Shown: positions 40,071-51,547, counted from the stretch's first letter. The stretch: DNA of 64,000 bases from Trueperaceae bacterium (GCA_034520945.1 JAXHNB010000008.1:1-64000); one strand, 5' to 3'. Notes: generated from the sequence alone by a model not told the origin. Numbers and translations: made by a program.

Positions 40071-40294
40071 GGGATGCCTCCTCGGGGTCGGACCTTCGGG
40101 TCGTACGTGTCGCGCATGCATACGATGCCTCGCGAACGCGCGTGGCCCTGCGCTACGTCTCGGTCAAGCTAGCACGGCCATTCCTGAGCGCGATGAAGCC
40201 GAACGGGCCGAGCCGCCTCGCCCCGTTCGCGCTACCCTGGCGTCACGACAGCGACGCCGGTCGCGAGGCCGGGTCGTACCCCAAGGAGGACCTC

Positions 40295-41230
40295 ATGCGC
40301 ATGCGCACCCTTGGATCGCTCAGCGTGTCGACCGTCGGGCTCGGTTGCAACAACTTCGGTCGCCGCCTCGATCAGGACGCCACGAAGGACGTCGTCGACG
40401 CCGCCCTCGATGCGGGGGTCAACCTCCTGGACACCGCCGACGTCTACGGCGACGGCCTCAGCGAAACGTTCCTGGGCGAGGTCCTGCGTGGCCGCCGCGA
40501 CCGGGTGGTGCTGGCGACCAAGTTCGGCATGGGCCGCCGTGAAAACGGGACCGGTGACGGCCGGCCCGAGACGGTCCGCGCCGCACTGGAGGAAAGCCTG
40601 GCACGGCTGCGTACCGATCACGTGGACCTGTACCAGCTGCACCGTCCCGACCCGAACGTTCCCGTCGCGGAGACGCTCGGCGCGCTGGGCGACGCCATGC
40701 GGGCCGGCATGGTGCGCGAGATCGGCTGCTCCAACTTCAGCGCCCAGCAGCTCGAAGAGGCCGAACGGGCCGCGCACGGCCTGGGCGGGCCCCGGTTCGT
40801 GAGCGTCCAGAACGAGTACAGCATGCTGCGCCGAGAGGCGGAACAGGGGGTGCTGCCCGCCTGCGAGCACCTGGACGTGGCGTTCCTGCCGTACTTTCCG
40901 CTGTTGAGCGGCATCCTCACCGGCAAGTACCGCAAGGGCCGGCCCTGGCCGGAGGGAACGCGCGTGCGGGGCAACGAACGGTGGGAGGCGAAGCTCACGG
41001 GCGAGACCCTCGACCTGGTGGAGCGCCTGAGCGCGTTCGCGGAATCTCAGGGCTACGAGCTGATCGATTTGGCGTTCGCGTACCTGTTGGCCCGTCCGGC
41101 GGTGGCCAGCGTGATCGCGGGCGCGATGACGCCGGCGCAGGTTGGGCGCAACGTGCAGGCCGGGGCGTGGGAGCTCAGCCAGAGCCAGGTGGCCGAGGTG
41201 ACCGCGATCCTGGACGAGGGCACCCCGTGA
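40295..41230 (+). CDS. Aldo/keto reductase
   Basis: GLGC, DTADVYG, LATKFG, DLYQLH, IGCSN. Confidence 0.95.
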   Translation: MRMRTLGSLSVSTVGLGCNNFGRRLDQDATKDVVDAALDAGVNLLDTADVYGDGLSETFLGEVLRGRRDRVVLATKFGMGRRENGTGDGRPETVRAALEESLARLRTDHVDLYQLHRPDPNVPVAETLGALGDAMRAGMVREIGCSNFSAQQLEEAERAAHGLGGPRFVSVQNEYSMLRREAEQGVLPACEHLDVAFLPYFPLLSGILTGKYRKGRPWPEGTRVRGNERWEAKLTGETLDLVERLSAFAESQGYELIDLAFAYLLARPAVASVIAGAMTPAQVGRNVQAGAWELSQSQVAEVTAILDEGTP

Positions 41231-42117
41231 GCGAACCGAGCGACAGTAAAGCCCGTGTTGGCGGCCTTCGCATCGGCCTGCTGCACCCGGGCGCCATGGG
41301 CGCGGCCGTCGGCGCGGCGCTCCGCGCGGCGGGCCACGAAGTGCTCTGGGCGTCCGAGGGACGGTCCCCTGCCACGCTCGACCGGGCCGACGCGGCCGGG
41401 CTGGTGGACGCCGGCTCGATCGACGCCCTGGCCGTACGCTGCGACGCGGTCGTGTCGGTCTGCCCGCCGCACGCCGCACAGGACGTGGTGGACCGGGTGC
41501 TCGGCGCCGGGTTCCGGGGCCTGTATCTCGACGCCGCCGCGGTCGCACCCGCCTCGGCGCGGGCCGTGGGCGACGCTGTCACGGCAGCAGGCGGCACGTT
41601 CGTGGACGGCGGCATCATCGGGGGGCCACCGACCCGACCGGGGACCACCTGGCTGCACCTCGCCGGCGCCGAAGCACCACGGGTGGCGGCGTGGTTCGCG
41701 GCGGGCCCGTTCGAGACCTCGATCGTCAGCGACCGTCCGGGCGACGCCTCCGCCTTGAAGGTCGCCTTCGCGGCGTGGACCAAGGGATCGACGGCGTTGA
41801 GAGCGGCCATGCTGGCGTACGCCGAGGCGGCCGGGGTGCGAGAGGCGCTCCGTACCCAATGGGAGGCGTACGAACCGGGCTTCCTGGCGGATGCAGAGGC
41901 GAAGGTGCAGCGCTCGGCGTGGAAGGCCTGGCGCTTCGAGGGCGAGATGCACCAGATCGCAGCCGCGTTCGACGCCGAAGGGGTGCAACCCGAATTTCAC
42001 CTCGCCGCTGCCGAAACGTACCGGCGCCTGTCGCCGCTGCGCGATGCGGACGCGCCGGAAGGGAAGCCGGAGCTGGCGAGGGTACTGGCGGCGCTGCGGG
42101 CAGAGGGGGAGCGGTGA
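41227..42117 (+). CDS. NAD(P)-dependent oxidoreductase (6PGD-like, DUF1932)
   Basis: HPGAMG, SVCPP, DGGIIG, ASALK, KAWRFEGEM. Confidence 0.88.
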   Translation: MSEPSDSKARVGGLRIGLLHPGAMGAAVGAALRAAGHEVLWASEGRSPATLDRADAAGLVDAGSIDALAVRCDAVVSVCPPHAAQDVVDRVLGAGFRGLYLDAAAVAPASARAVGDAVTAAGGTFVDGGIIGGPPTRPGTTWLHLAGAEAPRVAAWFAAGPFETSIVSDRPGDASALKVAFAAWTKGSTALRAAMLAYAEAAGVREALRTQWEAYEPGFLADAEAKVQRSAWKAWRFEGEMHQIAAAFDAEGVQPEFHLAAAETYRRLSPLRDADAPEGKPELARVLAALRAEGER

Positions 42118-42165
42118 ACAGGTAGCCTCCACCTGACCTTGATGGCCACCCCGGGAGGTCCCTGC

Positions 42166-42810
42166 ATGTCCAACCCACTTGCACTGGCGTTCGCCGCCGT
42201 GACGGCAACGAGCGTCGCCCTCGCACTCACGTTCGTCCGCCTCGAGCGGCCAGGGGCGTACGCCATCACGAAGACCGTGGCGTCACTCGGATTCCTCGGC
42301 GTGGCACTCGCAGTCGGCGCGATGGAGGCCCCCTGGAGCCGCGTGGCGTTCGCCGCGTTGGTCTTGTCGGCCGCGGGCGACGTGGCGCTGAGCGTGCGAG
42401 GCCCGACGGGCTTCTTCGTGGGGTTGGCCTGCTTCATGGTGGCGCACGGCGCCTACACGGTCGCGTTCGGCATGTACGGCGTCGGCGGCGCCACGCTGGG
42501 CGTGACGACGGTGCTGGCGGCGCTGGGGATGGGGGGCGTCTGGTGGGTGCTGCGTCGCCGGATCCCAGCGGCGTTGCGCGTGGCCGTAGGCGCGTACGTG
42601 ATCACGCTGGCGGCCATGGTGGCGACGGGCGCGGCTGCGGCCGTCGCCCACGGGGCCACGTGGTTGGGGGCCGGCGCGGTGCTGGTCGCGGGATCGGACG
42701 TCGCGGTCGCGCGTGAACGGTTCGGCCGATCGATGTTCGCCAACAAGCTCGCCGGCCTGCCGGCGTACTACCTGGGGCAGATCCTGATCGCGGCGAGCCT
42801 GGGGGGATAG
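42166..42810 (+). CDS. YhhN/lysoplasmalogenase family membrane protein
   Basis: SAAGDVAL, FMVAH..Y, SD, YYLGQ. Confidence 0.85.
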   Translation: MSNPLALAFAAVTATSVALALTFVRLERPGAYAITKTVASLGFLGVALAVGAMEAPWSRVAFAALVLSAAGDVALSVRGPTGFFVGLACFMVAHGAYTVAFGMYGVGGATLGVTTVLAALGMGGVWWVLRRRIPAALRVAVGAYVITLAAMVATGAAAAVAHGATWLGAGAVLVAGSDVAVARERFGRSMFANKLAGLPAYYLGQILIAASLGG

Positions 42811-42902
42811 GACCGCCGTCTCGGGGACTGGACGCGGACCCGTCTGCTACGTCAGGGCGGAAGCGATCGCGGTGGCCGTCGATGCGTTCCGCCCGGCGGC
42901 CA

Positions 42903-43431
42903 TCAGGGCTTGCCTTCTTCGCGTTGCAGGATCATCGCGGCAAGGTTCACGAGGAACAGCATGACGATGCCGGGCAGCGCCGTCTGAAACGATGATCCGA
43001 GCAACCCCCAGGCGCTCTCGGGAGCGCCCGAGCTCAGCCAGAAGGCCACGGTGACCAAGGTATGGGCGACGGCATAGCAAGCCGGGGCGACGAGCGGGTT
43101 GCGAGGCATCCACCGCATCGAAAACAGCACCAGCACGACGAACACGACCAACTCGACCGTGATCATTGACAGTGCGGGCGTGGGGGGTAGGCCCGTAACG
43201 AGATTGTTGACGATGGGAGCCAGGGCCGCTGCGGCGAAGGCCGGCACGGAGCCGAACACGAACAAGGCGATGAGCGGTGCCCAGAAGATCGGCAGGAGCG
43301 TGGAGCCCAACCGCACGCCTTCCGCAGCGGGAAGAAGGTGGATCAGGGAACGGAAACAGTACGGACGCAGCGATGGCGACCACGCTTGCCGAGACGGTTC
43401 GGGCGGTGCGCGATTCCAGTAGGAGGGTCAT
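42903..43431 (-). CDS. ECF transporter S component, frameshift near 43340
   Basis: LLPIFWAPLIA..AALAPIVNNLVTGLP..E..PGI pattern; RBS AAGGAG. Confidence 0.65.
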
Positions 43432-43646
43432 GGAGGTCTCCTTTCATGTGGGGTGCCCGCGATGCATGGGTCTGACCCGTACGGCTCCGGTGAGCGTTGC
43501 GCATGGCACGGAGGACCGGGGGTCCGGGTATTCGACCCAGCGTTCGATGCGACACCCACGTTCGTCCTTGGTCACGTTGGCTCACGCCGCCTTATGAGGT
43601 AGGCACGTGGCGTCGCCTACGTCCCAAGCGAAGCCGAGTTGCACCA

Positions 43647-43660
43647 TGCTAGCGCTAACA
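43647..43660. promoter_or_regulatory. LacI-type operator TGCTAGCGCTAACA
   Basis: Near-palindrome with central AGCGCT, upstream of the ECF S gene. Confidence 0.65.
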
Positions 43661-43724
43661 TCGATGCTAGTGCGTGCCGGAGGCTTTGTCAGACGAGGTC
43701 AACTCGGGCAGGGGCGCGCGGTCG

Positions 43725-44758
43725 TCACGTGCTATCTCTGGCCACCAGCTCGAATCCGAGGTCCACCCGGCGCGCTCCACCGTTTCCGTCCGCCAGGCTG
43801 TCGAGCACCATTTCGGCGGCCTTGGTGCCGAGCGCGCGCCGATGGATTCGCACCGTGGTGAGGCCTGGCAGAACCTGACTCGCGATCTCGAGGTCGTCGA
43901 AGCCTGCGATGGCGACCTCCTCGAGGGATCTGGAGGGTTCTTCGGTTCGCTTGGAGTATGGCGCCGGCTGCAAGCGTGTCGTTCGCGAAAAAGATGGCGT
44001 CCGTGTCGGGCCTTCGCTGCAGAATAGTGTCGAGCGCGTCCGCACCGGCCCGAAGACTGAACACGCTGGTAAGCATGGCATCGCTCCGGCGCTCGTGGTT
44101 CAACTCGCGTACCGCATCCACGAAGCCCCGTCGCCGTTCGGCGGCACGATCGTTGTCGCCGATCGGGGCGGAGACGAAGCCGAGCCGGCGGTAGCCGCGC
44201 GTGTGAAGGTGCTGCACCATGGCGTAGGCCGCTTGGTAGTTCGAGAAGCCGACGCTTCCTACGGACGGAGAGCCCAACAGTGACCAGGTTTCGACGACGG
44301 GAATCGCGGCGCGTTGCAGGAGTCGTGCCGTGCCCGGCGAGCGGTTGGCGCCCGTGAGGATCATGCCTTCGACCTGTCTGGCCAGGAACGCCCGGACCAA
44401 CTTCTCTTCCTCGAGCGGATCGTAGCTGTTGCTACCCAGGATCAGCTGATAACCGGCACCGTCGAGGACCTCCATCATGCCTTGCAGCATCTCCGCGAAG
44501 ATCGAGTTCGCGAGAGTCGGGACGATGGCGGCAACCGTCTTGCTTTCGCTCGTTGCCAGGTTCCCTGCCACCGAGGATTCGGAATGTATCCGATTTCGGC
44601 GATCGCCTCGTGGACCTTCGCGCGGGTGGCTCGAGCCACAAGCTCCGGGGTTCGGATCGCCGGGAAACCGTGATCGTGGACACCCCGGCTCGGCGTGCCA
44701 CGTCGGCCAAGGTGGCGCGGCCGTGCCCACGGCGTCGCTGCGCGTGAGCATCGCTCAC
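43725..44758 (-). CDS. LacI-family regulator, multiple frameshifts
   Basis: TLADVARRAGVSTITVSR, ANDTLAAGA, IAGFDD..LTTV..VARDST across frames. Confidence 0.85.
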
Positions 44759-44794
44759 GGCGCGTCGCTTTTTCGTTCGAGCGCAGCGTACGTC

Positions 44795-45803
44795 CTAGCT
44801 CGGGCCGCTCCGCAGAGATCCATGGTGCCTCCGACGGATTCGCCCACGGGCCTTGCGTCTCGGGCGCCGGGCCTGACCGTGCGCACCCGCACGCGAATAC
44901 ACATCCAGCGTTTCACGAAAGCCCTCGACCAACGCGTGGTAGGCGAAAGGCCCATAATCGCGCTGTACGGCGTCATCGCTCAAATCGGCGGCAATCGGCA
45001 ACGGCTCGTCCGTGACCTCGACCAAACCATGCGTGCCGGTAGCCTGTTCGATCGCACGTACCACATCCGGCATGGGCAGGACCGTCCCGCGGACGTTGTA
45101 CACCTGGCCGGTATCGCTTGGAGCGAGCGCCAACTTCGTGAACAGCGCTGCGACGTCCTCGGCGTGATGAAGCGCCACGTCGCCTCCAAAGCCGATCCGG
45201 TACCGTTCGCCTCTTGCGGCAGCCAGCAGCGCCAGGTTGATGTCCGCCGTCAACCCTTCCTCGCGTCCAGGACCGTACACGATGTAGGGCCGCAATCCGT
45301 TGACCCGCACCCCGTAGTCGCGCGCATACGTGCGGGCCATGCGTTCGTTGGCTGCCTTGAACACGCCGTAGAGGCTCTGAGGGTCCACCGGGTGCGTTTC
45401 AGTCATGGGTCCCTCGCTCGGGGCAGCGTTCGAGACCCAGGCGCTGGACGCATAGCGCAACGTTGAAGGCCTGCTCCCGCGCGGTCTCGAGCACGGTCAT
45501 GAAGCTCTTCACGTTGACGTCGACGCACTGCAGTGGGTGTCGCTTGCACGTCGGCATTCAGGAGCGAAGCGAGGTGGATGACGGCGTCGGGCGCTTCTAG
45601 GCGAAGCACGTCTCGAAACCGTTGCGTGTCCGTTACGTCCACGGTGTGCACGTTCAGCGCTGCCCTCGATCCCCAACAAGGTCGCGTTCGGAAGGTCCGG
45701 TTTCACGTCCACGCCGACGATGCGATGGCCTTCGCTCAGAAGTCTCTTCGCCGATCCAGCTGCCGATGCAGCCCGCTACGCCGGTTATGACCACGGTCGA
45801 CAC
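44795..45803 (-). CDS. NAD-dependent epimerase/dehydratase, multiple frameshifts
   Basis: ITGVAGCIGS, IHLAS, YGVFK, LRPYIVYGPG. Confidence 0.8.
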
Positions 45804-45806
45804 GAG

Positions 45807-46758
45807 TCACCTCCATTCTCTTTTGCGCCGTGCCCGCAGGCAGCTGAACGGCGCCTGGCCGCATGTGCCGTCGTGTCGGTACAGCTGTACGAGTTCGGCG
45901 CTGTCGGTTCGGCCAGGCCGCGCTCCAGGGCGTCGCGCGTCGCCTTCTGCAGGGCCGGCGCTGCGATGAGGGGTACCCCCGCCTGCTGGCACATCTCAAC
46001 GGCCAAACGCAGGTCCTTGTCCAACAACTGGACCGTGAACACGGTTTCGAGGTCCTGTCCGAGCATGCGCGGGGCCAGCGAGCGAAACAGTGGGCTCACG
46101 GTCGCAGCAGAGCTGCCGGCCACGATGTCGACGAACCTTGCCGGATCGACGTCGAGGTAGTCGCACGATCCGATTGCTTCGGCCGTGATCACGTTGATGG
46201 CTGCGAACATCATGTTGTTCAGCAGTTTGATGGTGTGTCCGGCCCCGAGGGCGCCGACATGATGCAAGCTCGGCGCGATCTCCTCGAGCACGGGGCGGGC
46301 GCGGTCGAACGCCGGCCTTTCCCCGCCGATGGGCATGGTCCAGGAGCCACAGCTTTCGGGGCGTCCCAGGATGGGGGCGTCGACGACCCGCGCGCCCGCG
46401 TCGCCGAGCTCCGCGGCAATGCTTCGCAACTCGTTCGGTGCCGAGGTGCTGGCATCCACGAATACGGCCTGGGACGTCGCGAACGATCGCTGGTTCGGTT
46501 CGCTCAGCAGGATCGAGCGCGTCTCGGCCGCGGAGGGAAGCGACGAATCACCACTTCGCTGCGCGCGAACAGCTCGGTGGGATCGCCGACGTTCTCGACG
46601 CCGTCGACCTCCACGTGGCGAACGTCCCACCCGAGCACGGGATGATGCCGCTGCAGCGTAGCCGCGATGGCCGAGCCCATCGCGACCGAGGCCGACCACG
46701 CCGACGTGGGACTGCCCGTGTCCGTCGACTTCTCGGTTGGGCCGTCGGTCACCGTCAT
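45807..46758 (-). CDS. Beta-hydroxyacid dehydrogenase (3-HIBADH/GarR-like), multiple frameshifts
   Basis: GLGxMG remnant, DAST, DAPILG, GAGHTIKLLNN, KDL. Confidence 0.8.
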
Positions 46759-48185
46759 CGACTCAACCTCCGGCCGCCGGTCACGTGGACGGCGGGTTTG
46801 GACACGGCTGGCACCACGGGCATTCTCGGTTCGCTCCGGAGCAAGCGCTCCGCGCGTGCCAACGCGTCCTCGAACGAGTCCGCCGGCGTGCATCCCATGC
46901 CGCGGGCGTAGCCTGGCTTCTTGGCTCCGACCACGTAGGTGCCGAGCGCGTTGCGCGTTGCCAGGCTTCCCATGTAGGCCATCGAGAAGCCATGAAACGG
47001 GTGGTAGGCGTACTCGCGCCGGCTACTTGTGGACCCACTCCGGGTTGGTGCGAACTCCTCCTCGAACGCGGTCAGCTGGTGCGCACCATTCAGGTCCTGA
47101 AGCTTGTCGTAGATCGCTTCATAGGCGGGGAACCACGCATGGTTGAACCACCCGTCGCAGATCGGTCGTGCGCGATGATCACGAAGTCGTCTTCCAGCGC
47201 CCCGGCGGTCCGCGCGACCCACGAGCCCATCCCTTGCAGCATCAGGATGGGGTTCGGACGCCCATGCCGGGCCCGTAGTGAAACGCCCGGGAATGCCGAG
47301 CACCAGGACGTTGCGCTTGGGGCCGTCCACGGTCACGTCGGTACGGGTGGACGCCTTCGGCCACGTGGACCGTTCGACCTCGTCGGGGGCGCCCGCCACG
47401 ACCTGCATCTGCTCGGATCGGCCGTTCAGTACGGCATCGACGAGGAAGAAGTCCTTGTTCATTTCGGACTCGATCTTGCGGCCGATGGACCTGAGTTGAT
47501 GCCGGAAGTGCGACTCGGTCGCCGACGGGCACGAAGATCGTCCCGGTACATCGTTGCCGGCGTGTGATGACACCTGATGGAGCGCCAACTCGTGAACCCC
47601 GTACACGGCATCTTGTAGCCGCCGCTGTACCCCCGTACGGGATTCCCCATGGTGTGGCCCAGCATGATGGTGAGGTCGGCTTCGAACGCGTCGCGATTGA
47701 AGTCCACATGGTCGCCGTGCTCCGTCTGGCCGAGGACCACCATCCCGGCGGGATCCTCGGCGTCGTGGTTGACGAGGCGGGCGGGTCCGAAACCGTTTCA
47801 CGAGGTCGTCACCCAAGTAGCTCGCGAACTCTTCCGGGGTGTTCATTCGGTGCAGCCCGATCCCGCACACGAGCTTGATGTTCTCGTCCTTGACCCCGGC
47901 CCGCTCGAGTTCCTCCAAGATCAACGGGATCGCGACGCGGCGGTGCGAGGTCTCGTGGAAACCACCCTTCACGCGGTCCGGAAAGCCGATCACGACCTTG
48001 GAGCGGCCGTCGACCAGCGAGCGGATCGGCTTGCGGCCCAATGGGTTCGCCAAGGCGTTTCGCGTGGCCTAGACGGGATCTTCCAGCGGCGCGGGCTCTT
48101 CGAACAGCGCCCCGGACGGACGATCGGCGTCCCGTTGGGAAGAGTGAGGGAAGACCCCGTCTCCGTACTCGAGATCCACGTTCAT
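46755..48185 (-). CDS. Lactate racemase (LarA)-family nickel-pincer enzyme, multiple frameshifts
   Basis: ANPLG, GIGLHR, NHD, GYSGGYK motifs; RBS GGGAG. Confidence 0.8.
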
Positions 48186-48247
48186 GTCGGTCTCCCTTCG
48201 GCCCCGCCTTGCGGGGACGGGTCAGGCGGCACGTCATGCGATGCGGT

Positions 48248-48261
48248 TGACAGCGCTGTCA
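48248..48261. promoter_or_regulatory. LacI-type operator TGACAGCGCTGTCA, perfect palindrome
   Basis: 14-bp palindrome ~60 bp upstream of the larA-like start. Confidence 0.75.
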
Positions 48262-48324
48262 TGAACCTAGTCATCGTGACCCATCGGCGTCGATCGTGCC
48301 TTGCTGCTGCGCCGGCTCTGCTCA

Positions 48325-49128
48325 TCACTCGGGCACGTACTGTTGCATCACCAGCGATTCGACGTGCCGTCGGGATTCGGGTAAACTCCTCGGTGGTCTT
48401 CGTCTCGGCCTCGCGGGGGAAGGGGAAGGGGACGTCCACGATCTCGTAGACCTTTGCGGCCGGGCGGTCACCACCACGATGCGGTTGGACACGAAGATGG
48501 CCTCTTCAACGGAGTGCATCACGAACACGACCGTCTTGCGTTCCTCCGCCAGGATGCGCAACACCAACTCCTGCATGAAGCCCCGCGTCTGGGCGTCCAA
48601 GGCGGCGAAGGGCTCGTCCATCAGCAAGATTTTGGGATTCACGGCGTAGGCGCGCGCGATCGCGACGCGTTGCTTCATGCCTCCCGACAGCGCCTTGGGA
48701 TATGCGTTCTCGAAGCCCGTGAGGCCCATGAGATCGATGTAGCGCTGGGCGATGTGGGCACGTTCCCCGGAGGGCTTGAAGTCGGCCCGTAGCCGGAGGC
48801 CGAACATCACGTTTTGTTGCACCGTCATGTAGGGGAACACCGCGTACTGTTGAAACACCACCCCGCGTTCGGGGTCGGGACCGCGAACCGGTGCACCCCC
48901 GACCAGCACGTTGCCAGAGGTCGGAAGCCACAATCCGGACAGGAGGTTGAGCAGCGTCGTTTTGCCGGAGCCGCTCGGGCCGACCACGGCCACGGCTTGC
49001 CCTTCCTCGACGGCGAACGAGAGGTCGTCGATGACGGAAAGCGGCCCGGCGTCGGTCTCCAAGGACTTGGAGACGTTGCGGAGCTCGATGCTGGCGTTGT
49101 TCGCTTTGCTACGCTCGGCCACGGTCAA
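48325..49128 (-). CDS. NitT/TauT-type ABC ATP-binding protein
   Basis: [26 protein letters not shown]-terminal indels likely. Confidence 0.88.
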   Translation of the reverse strand: MTVAERSKANNASIELRNVSKSLETDAGPLSVIDDLSFAVEEGQAVAVVGPSGSGKTTLLNLLSGLWLPTSGNVLVGGAPVRGPDPERGVVFQQYAVFPYMTVQQNVMFGLRLRADFKPSGERAHIAQRYIDLMGLTGFENAYPKALSGGMKQRVAIARAYAVNPKILLMDEPFAALDAQTRGFMQELVLRILAEERKTVVFVMHSVEEAIFVSNRIVVVTARPQRSTRSWTSPSPSPARPRRRPPRSLPESRRHVESLVMQQYVPE

Positions 49129-49924
49129 ATGCCTTCCCGCCACGCCACGAAGCGGGCGCTGAGGCGCCGCACCCCGGCGTCCATCGTCAACGCCACCAGC
49201 CCGATGAGGATGATGCCCAGGAAGATGGTGGGAATCTGAAAGAAGTTGCTGGCGTTCTGAATCATGGCGCCCAGCCCGGTGCGGGCGGCGACGAGCTCGG
49301 CCGCGACCAAGGTGGCCCAGGCCACGCCGAGTGCGACGCGGAACGCGGTGAGGATGTGCGGGATGGAGAGTGGGAACAGTACGTACTGAAACAGTTCGCG
49401 GCGGTTGGCGCCGAGGACTTGGGCCGCCTTGATGTAGATCGCTTCGATCGAGGTGATGCCCTCGTAGATCACGATCGTGGCAGGGAAGAACGAGGCGTAG
49501 ATCAGCACGAACAGACGTCCACTCTCGCCAATGCCCACGTAGACGACCACAAGCGGCACCAGGGCGATCGGTGGGAGTGCGCGAAGGAAGTTTGCGAGAG
49601 GATCGAAGAAGCGTCGCACGGACGGGAACCAACCCAAGATGAAACCGGCGGGGATTGCGAGGATCACGCCGATCACGACGCCGAGGAGCACACGCAGCGT
49701 GCTCGCGATGATGTGCGGCCAAATCTCGCCCGTGGAGGCCAATCGGAGCCCGGCGTTCGCCACGTCGAGCGGGGAGGGAGAAGCGATTGGCTTACCGAGT
49801 CCCGCCATGGTCAGACCCTGCCACAGCAGGATCACCACGGCGAACGGCACGAGGTTGAACAGGGCCGAAGGGATCGCGAACCCGATCCGCGCCTGCTCAC
49901 CTGTGGTCGTTCCTGGTCTGCCAC
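49125..49924 (-). CDS. NitT/TauT-type ABC permease, N-terminal frameshift likely
   Basis: [25 protein letters not shown]. Confidence 0.85.
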
Positions 49925-50225
49925 GTTGGTGCCTCCCTTCGGTCTGCACGACGTTCTTTGCGTGTGGCGACCGGAGCCCGTGCGAACGGGCGTGGCGCGC
50001 GCGTGTGGCCCTGCAGGCTGGCGACGCCAAGGCCGGGTACCCGTCGGTGCGCTCGGGCGTACCGTCGCCGCCGTCTGCCAGGGCCTGGCCCGTTGCGATC
50101 GACGAGCGATACGTCTCCTCACCCGTCGGGGCCTGTAGCGGCTTCGAAGAATGCGCATGGGAGCCGGCATGCGCAGCCCTTCGTCTCTGGGATCGGGGCC
50201 ACACGAAGCCGTTGCGGCCCCTTCA

Positions 50226-50239
50226 TGTTAGCGCTGTCG
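50226..50239. promoter_or_regulatory. LacI-type operator TGTTAGCGCTGTCG
   Basis: Same motif as 43647 and 48248, in a divergent promoter region. Confidence 0.6.
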
Positions 50240-50389
50240 TGACCGTACTCCATGGCGTCCGACCTGTCGACGAGGCGCCTTGCCGCGGGCTGCGACGCCG
50301 CGACGTCACGCTGCCGCGTGGGGCGCGCAGTTCGCGAGGCGCGTCGCCAAGGCTTTGTCATCGATGGTGCCGCGTGCTAGGGTGCTCGA

Positions 50390-50403
50390 TGTTAGCGCAA
50401 TCA
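50390..50403. promoter_or_regulatory. LacI-type operator TGTTAGCGCAATCA
   Basis: Same motif, upstream of the binding-protein gene. Confidence 0.55.
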
Positions 50404-50514
50404 GGGCACGAAGCCATCGCCCGAACACGGCCAAACGTGAGGTTGGGAGCCGCTTCACGGCCGGTGTTCTCCGCGGCGCACGCCGCGGACCGACAAGTTC
50501 AGGAGGGATCGAGA

Positions 50515-51507
50515 ATGCGCAAGATGATGATTGGTTGCATGTTGGCGTTGGGCCTCGTGGTGTCGGCGGCCCATGCTCAGGATATGGACACCGTACCGGG
50601 TGGGGTACCTGCACACCCTCGCCGTGGACGGTCAGTTCTGGACGGCCATCGACAACGGCCTGTTCGAGGAACAGGGCTTGAACGTGGAGCCCATTCAGTT
50701 CAATTCGGGCATCCCGCTTCCCAAGCTCTCTCGGGCGGAAGCGTCGACGTGGCCATCATGGGCGCCGTGATCTCCAACTTCCTCCGGCGGGGTGGGAACG
50801 GTGTTCCTGACGAACAACATCGAGGCCGGTACGGCCATGATCTACGTGCAGGGCGATAGCGGCATCGAAAGCGTCGAAGACCTGGTGGGTACAGATATCT
50901 CGACCACCCAAGGCACCACCGCGCACGTGATGCTGGCCACGGCGCTGCAGCAGAACGGTCTTGACCCCAATGGCGCCAACGTCGTCAACATGGACATGGC
51001 CGCCGCGGTGAGCACCTTCGTGAACGGCGGCGTCCCCGCGGTGGCGACATGGTGGCCGTTCAACACGCAGATCGAGGCGAACGCCCCCGACGCCGAGCTG
51101 CTGACCACCGCGCCGGGGAGTACTATCCGGATGCGGCCATCATCGAGGCTGGATCGCCAACCAGCGCTACTACGAGAACAACCGCGACGTCCTGGTTCGC
51201 ATCACCGCGCGCGTGGATCGAAGCCAACGACATGCTCGAAAGCGACACCGACGCCGTGCGTCGCCGCCCTGCAGGAAACCATTATCCCGAACTCACCGTC
51301 GAGGACCTGCAGGACGGGTTCGAGTTGCTTCGCACCTTCGACAACGACGGGTGGAACGAACGCTGGCAGGACGGGACCGTCGTCGAGTGGATCGGGCAGG
51401 TCGAGCAGGTCTTCGTCGACATCGGTGCGCTCGAGAACTTCGTCGACCCCAGCGAGTTCGTCGACGACAGCATCTTCCTGGAGGCGTACGAAGCCTGGAG
51501 CGAGTGA
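50515..51507 (+). CDS. SsuA/TauA/NMT1-like ABC substrate-binding protein, multiple frameshifts
   Basis: Signal peptide; VGYLH, GLFEEQGL, GSVDVA, SVEDLVG..GTTAH, WWP across frames. Confidence 0.8.
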
Positions 51508-51547
51508 GAGCGACCGTTCACGCGGCCTCGGCGAGCGTAGGCCTCTT

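Noticed and set aside
43432..43646. Vitamin riboswitch upstream of the ECF S gene
   Set aside because: No TPP, FMN, cobalamin, SAM or preQ1 consensus recognisable by eye; an Rfam scan would settle it.
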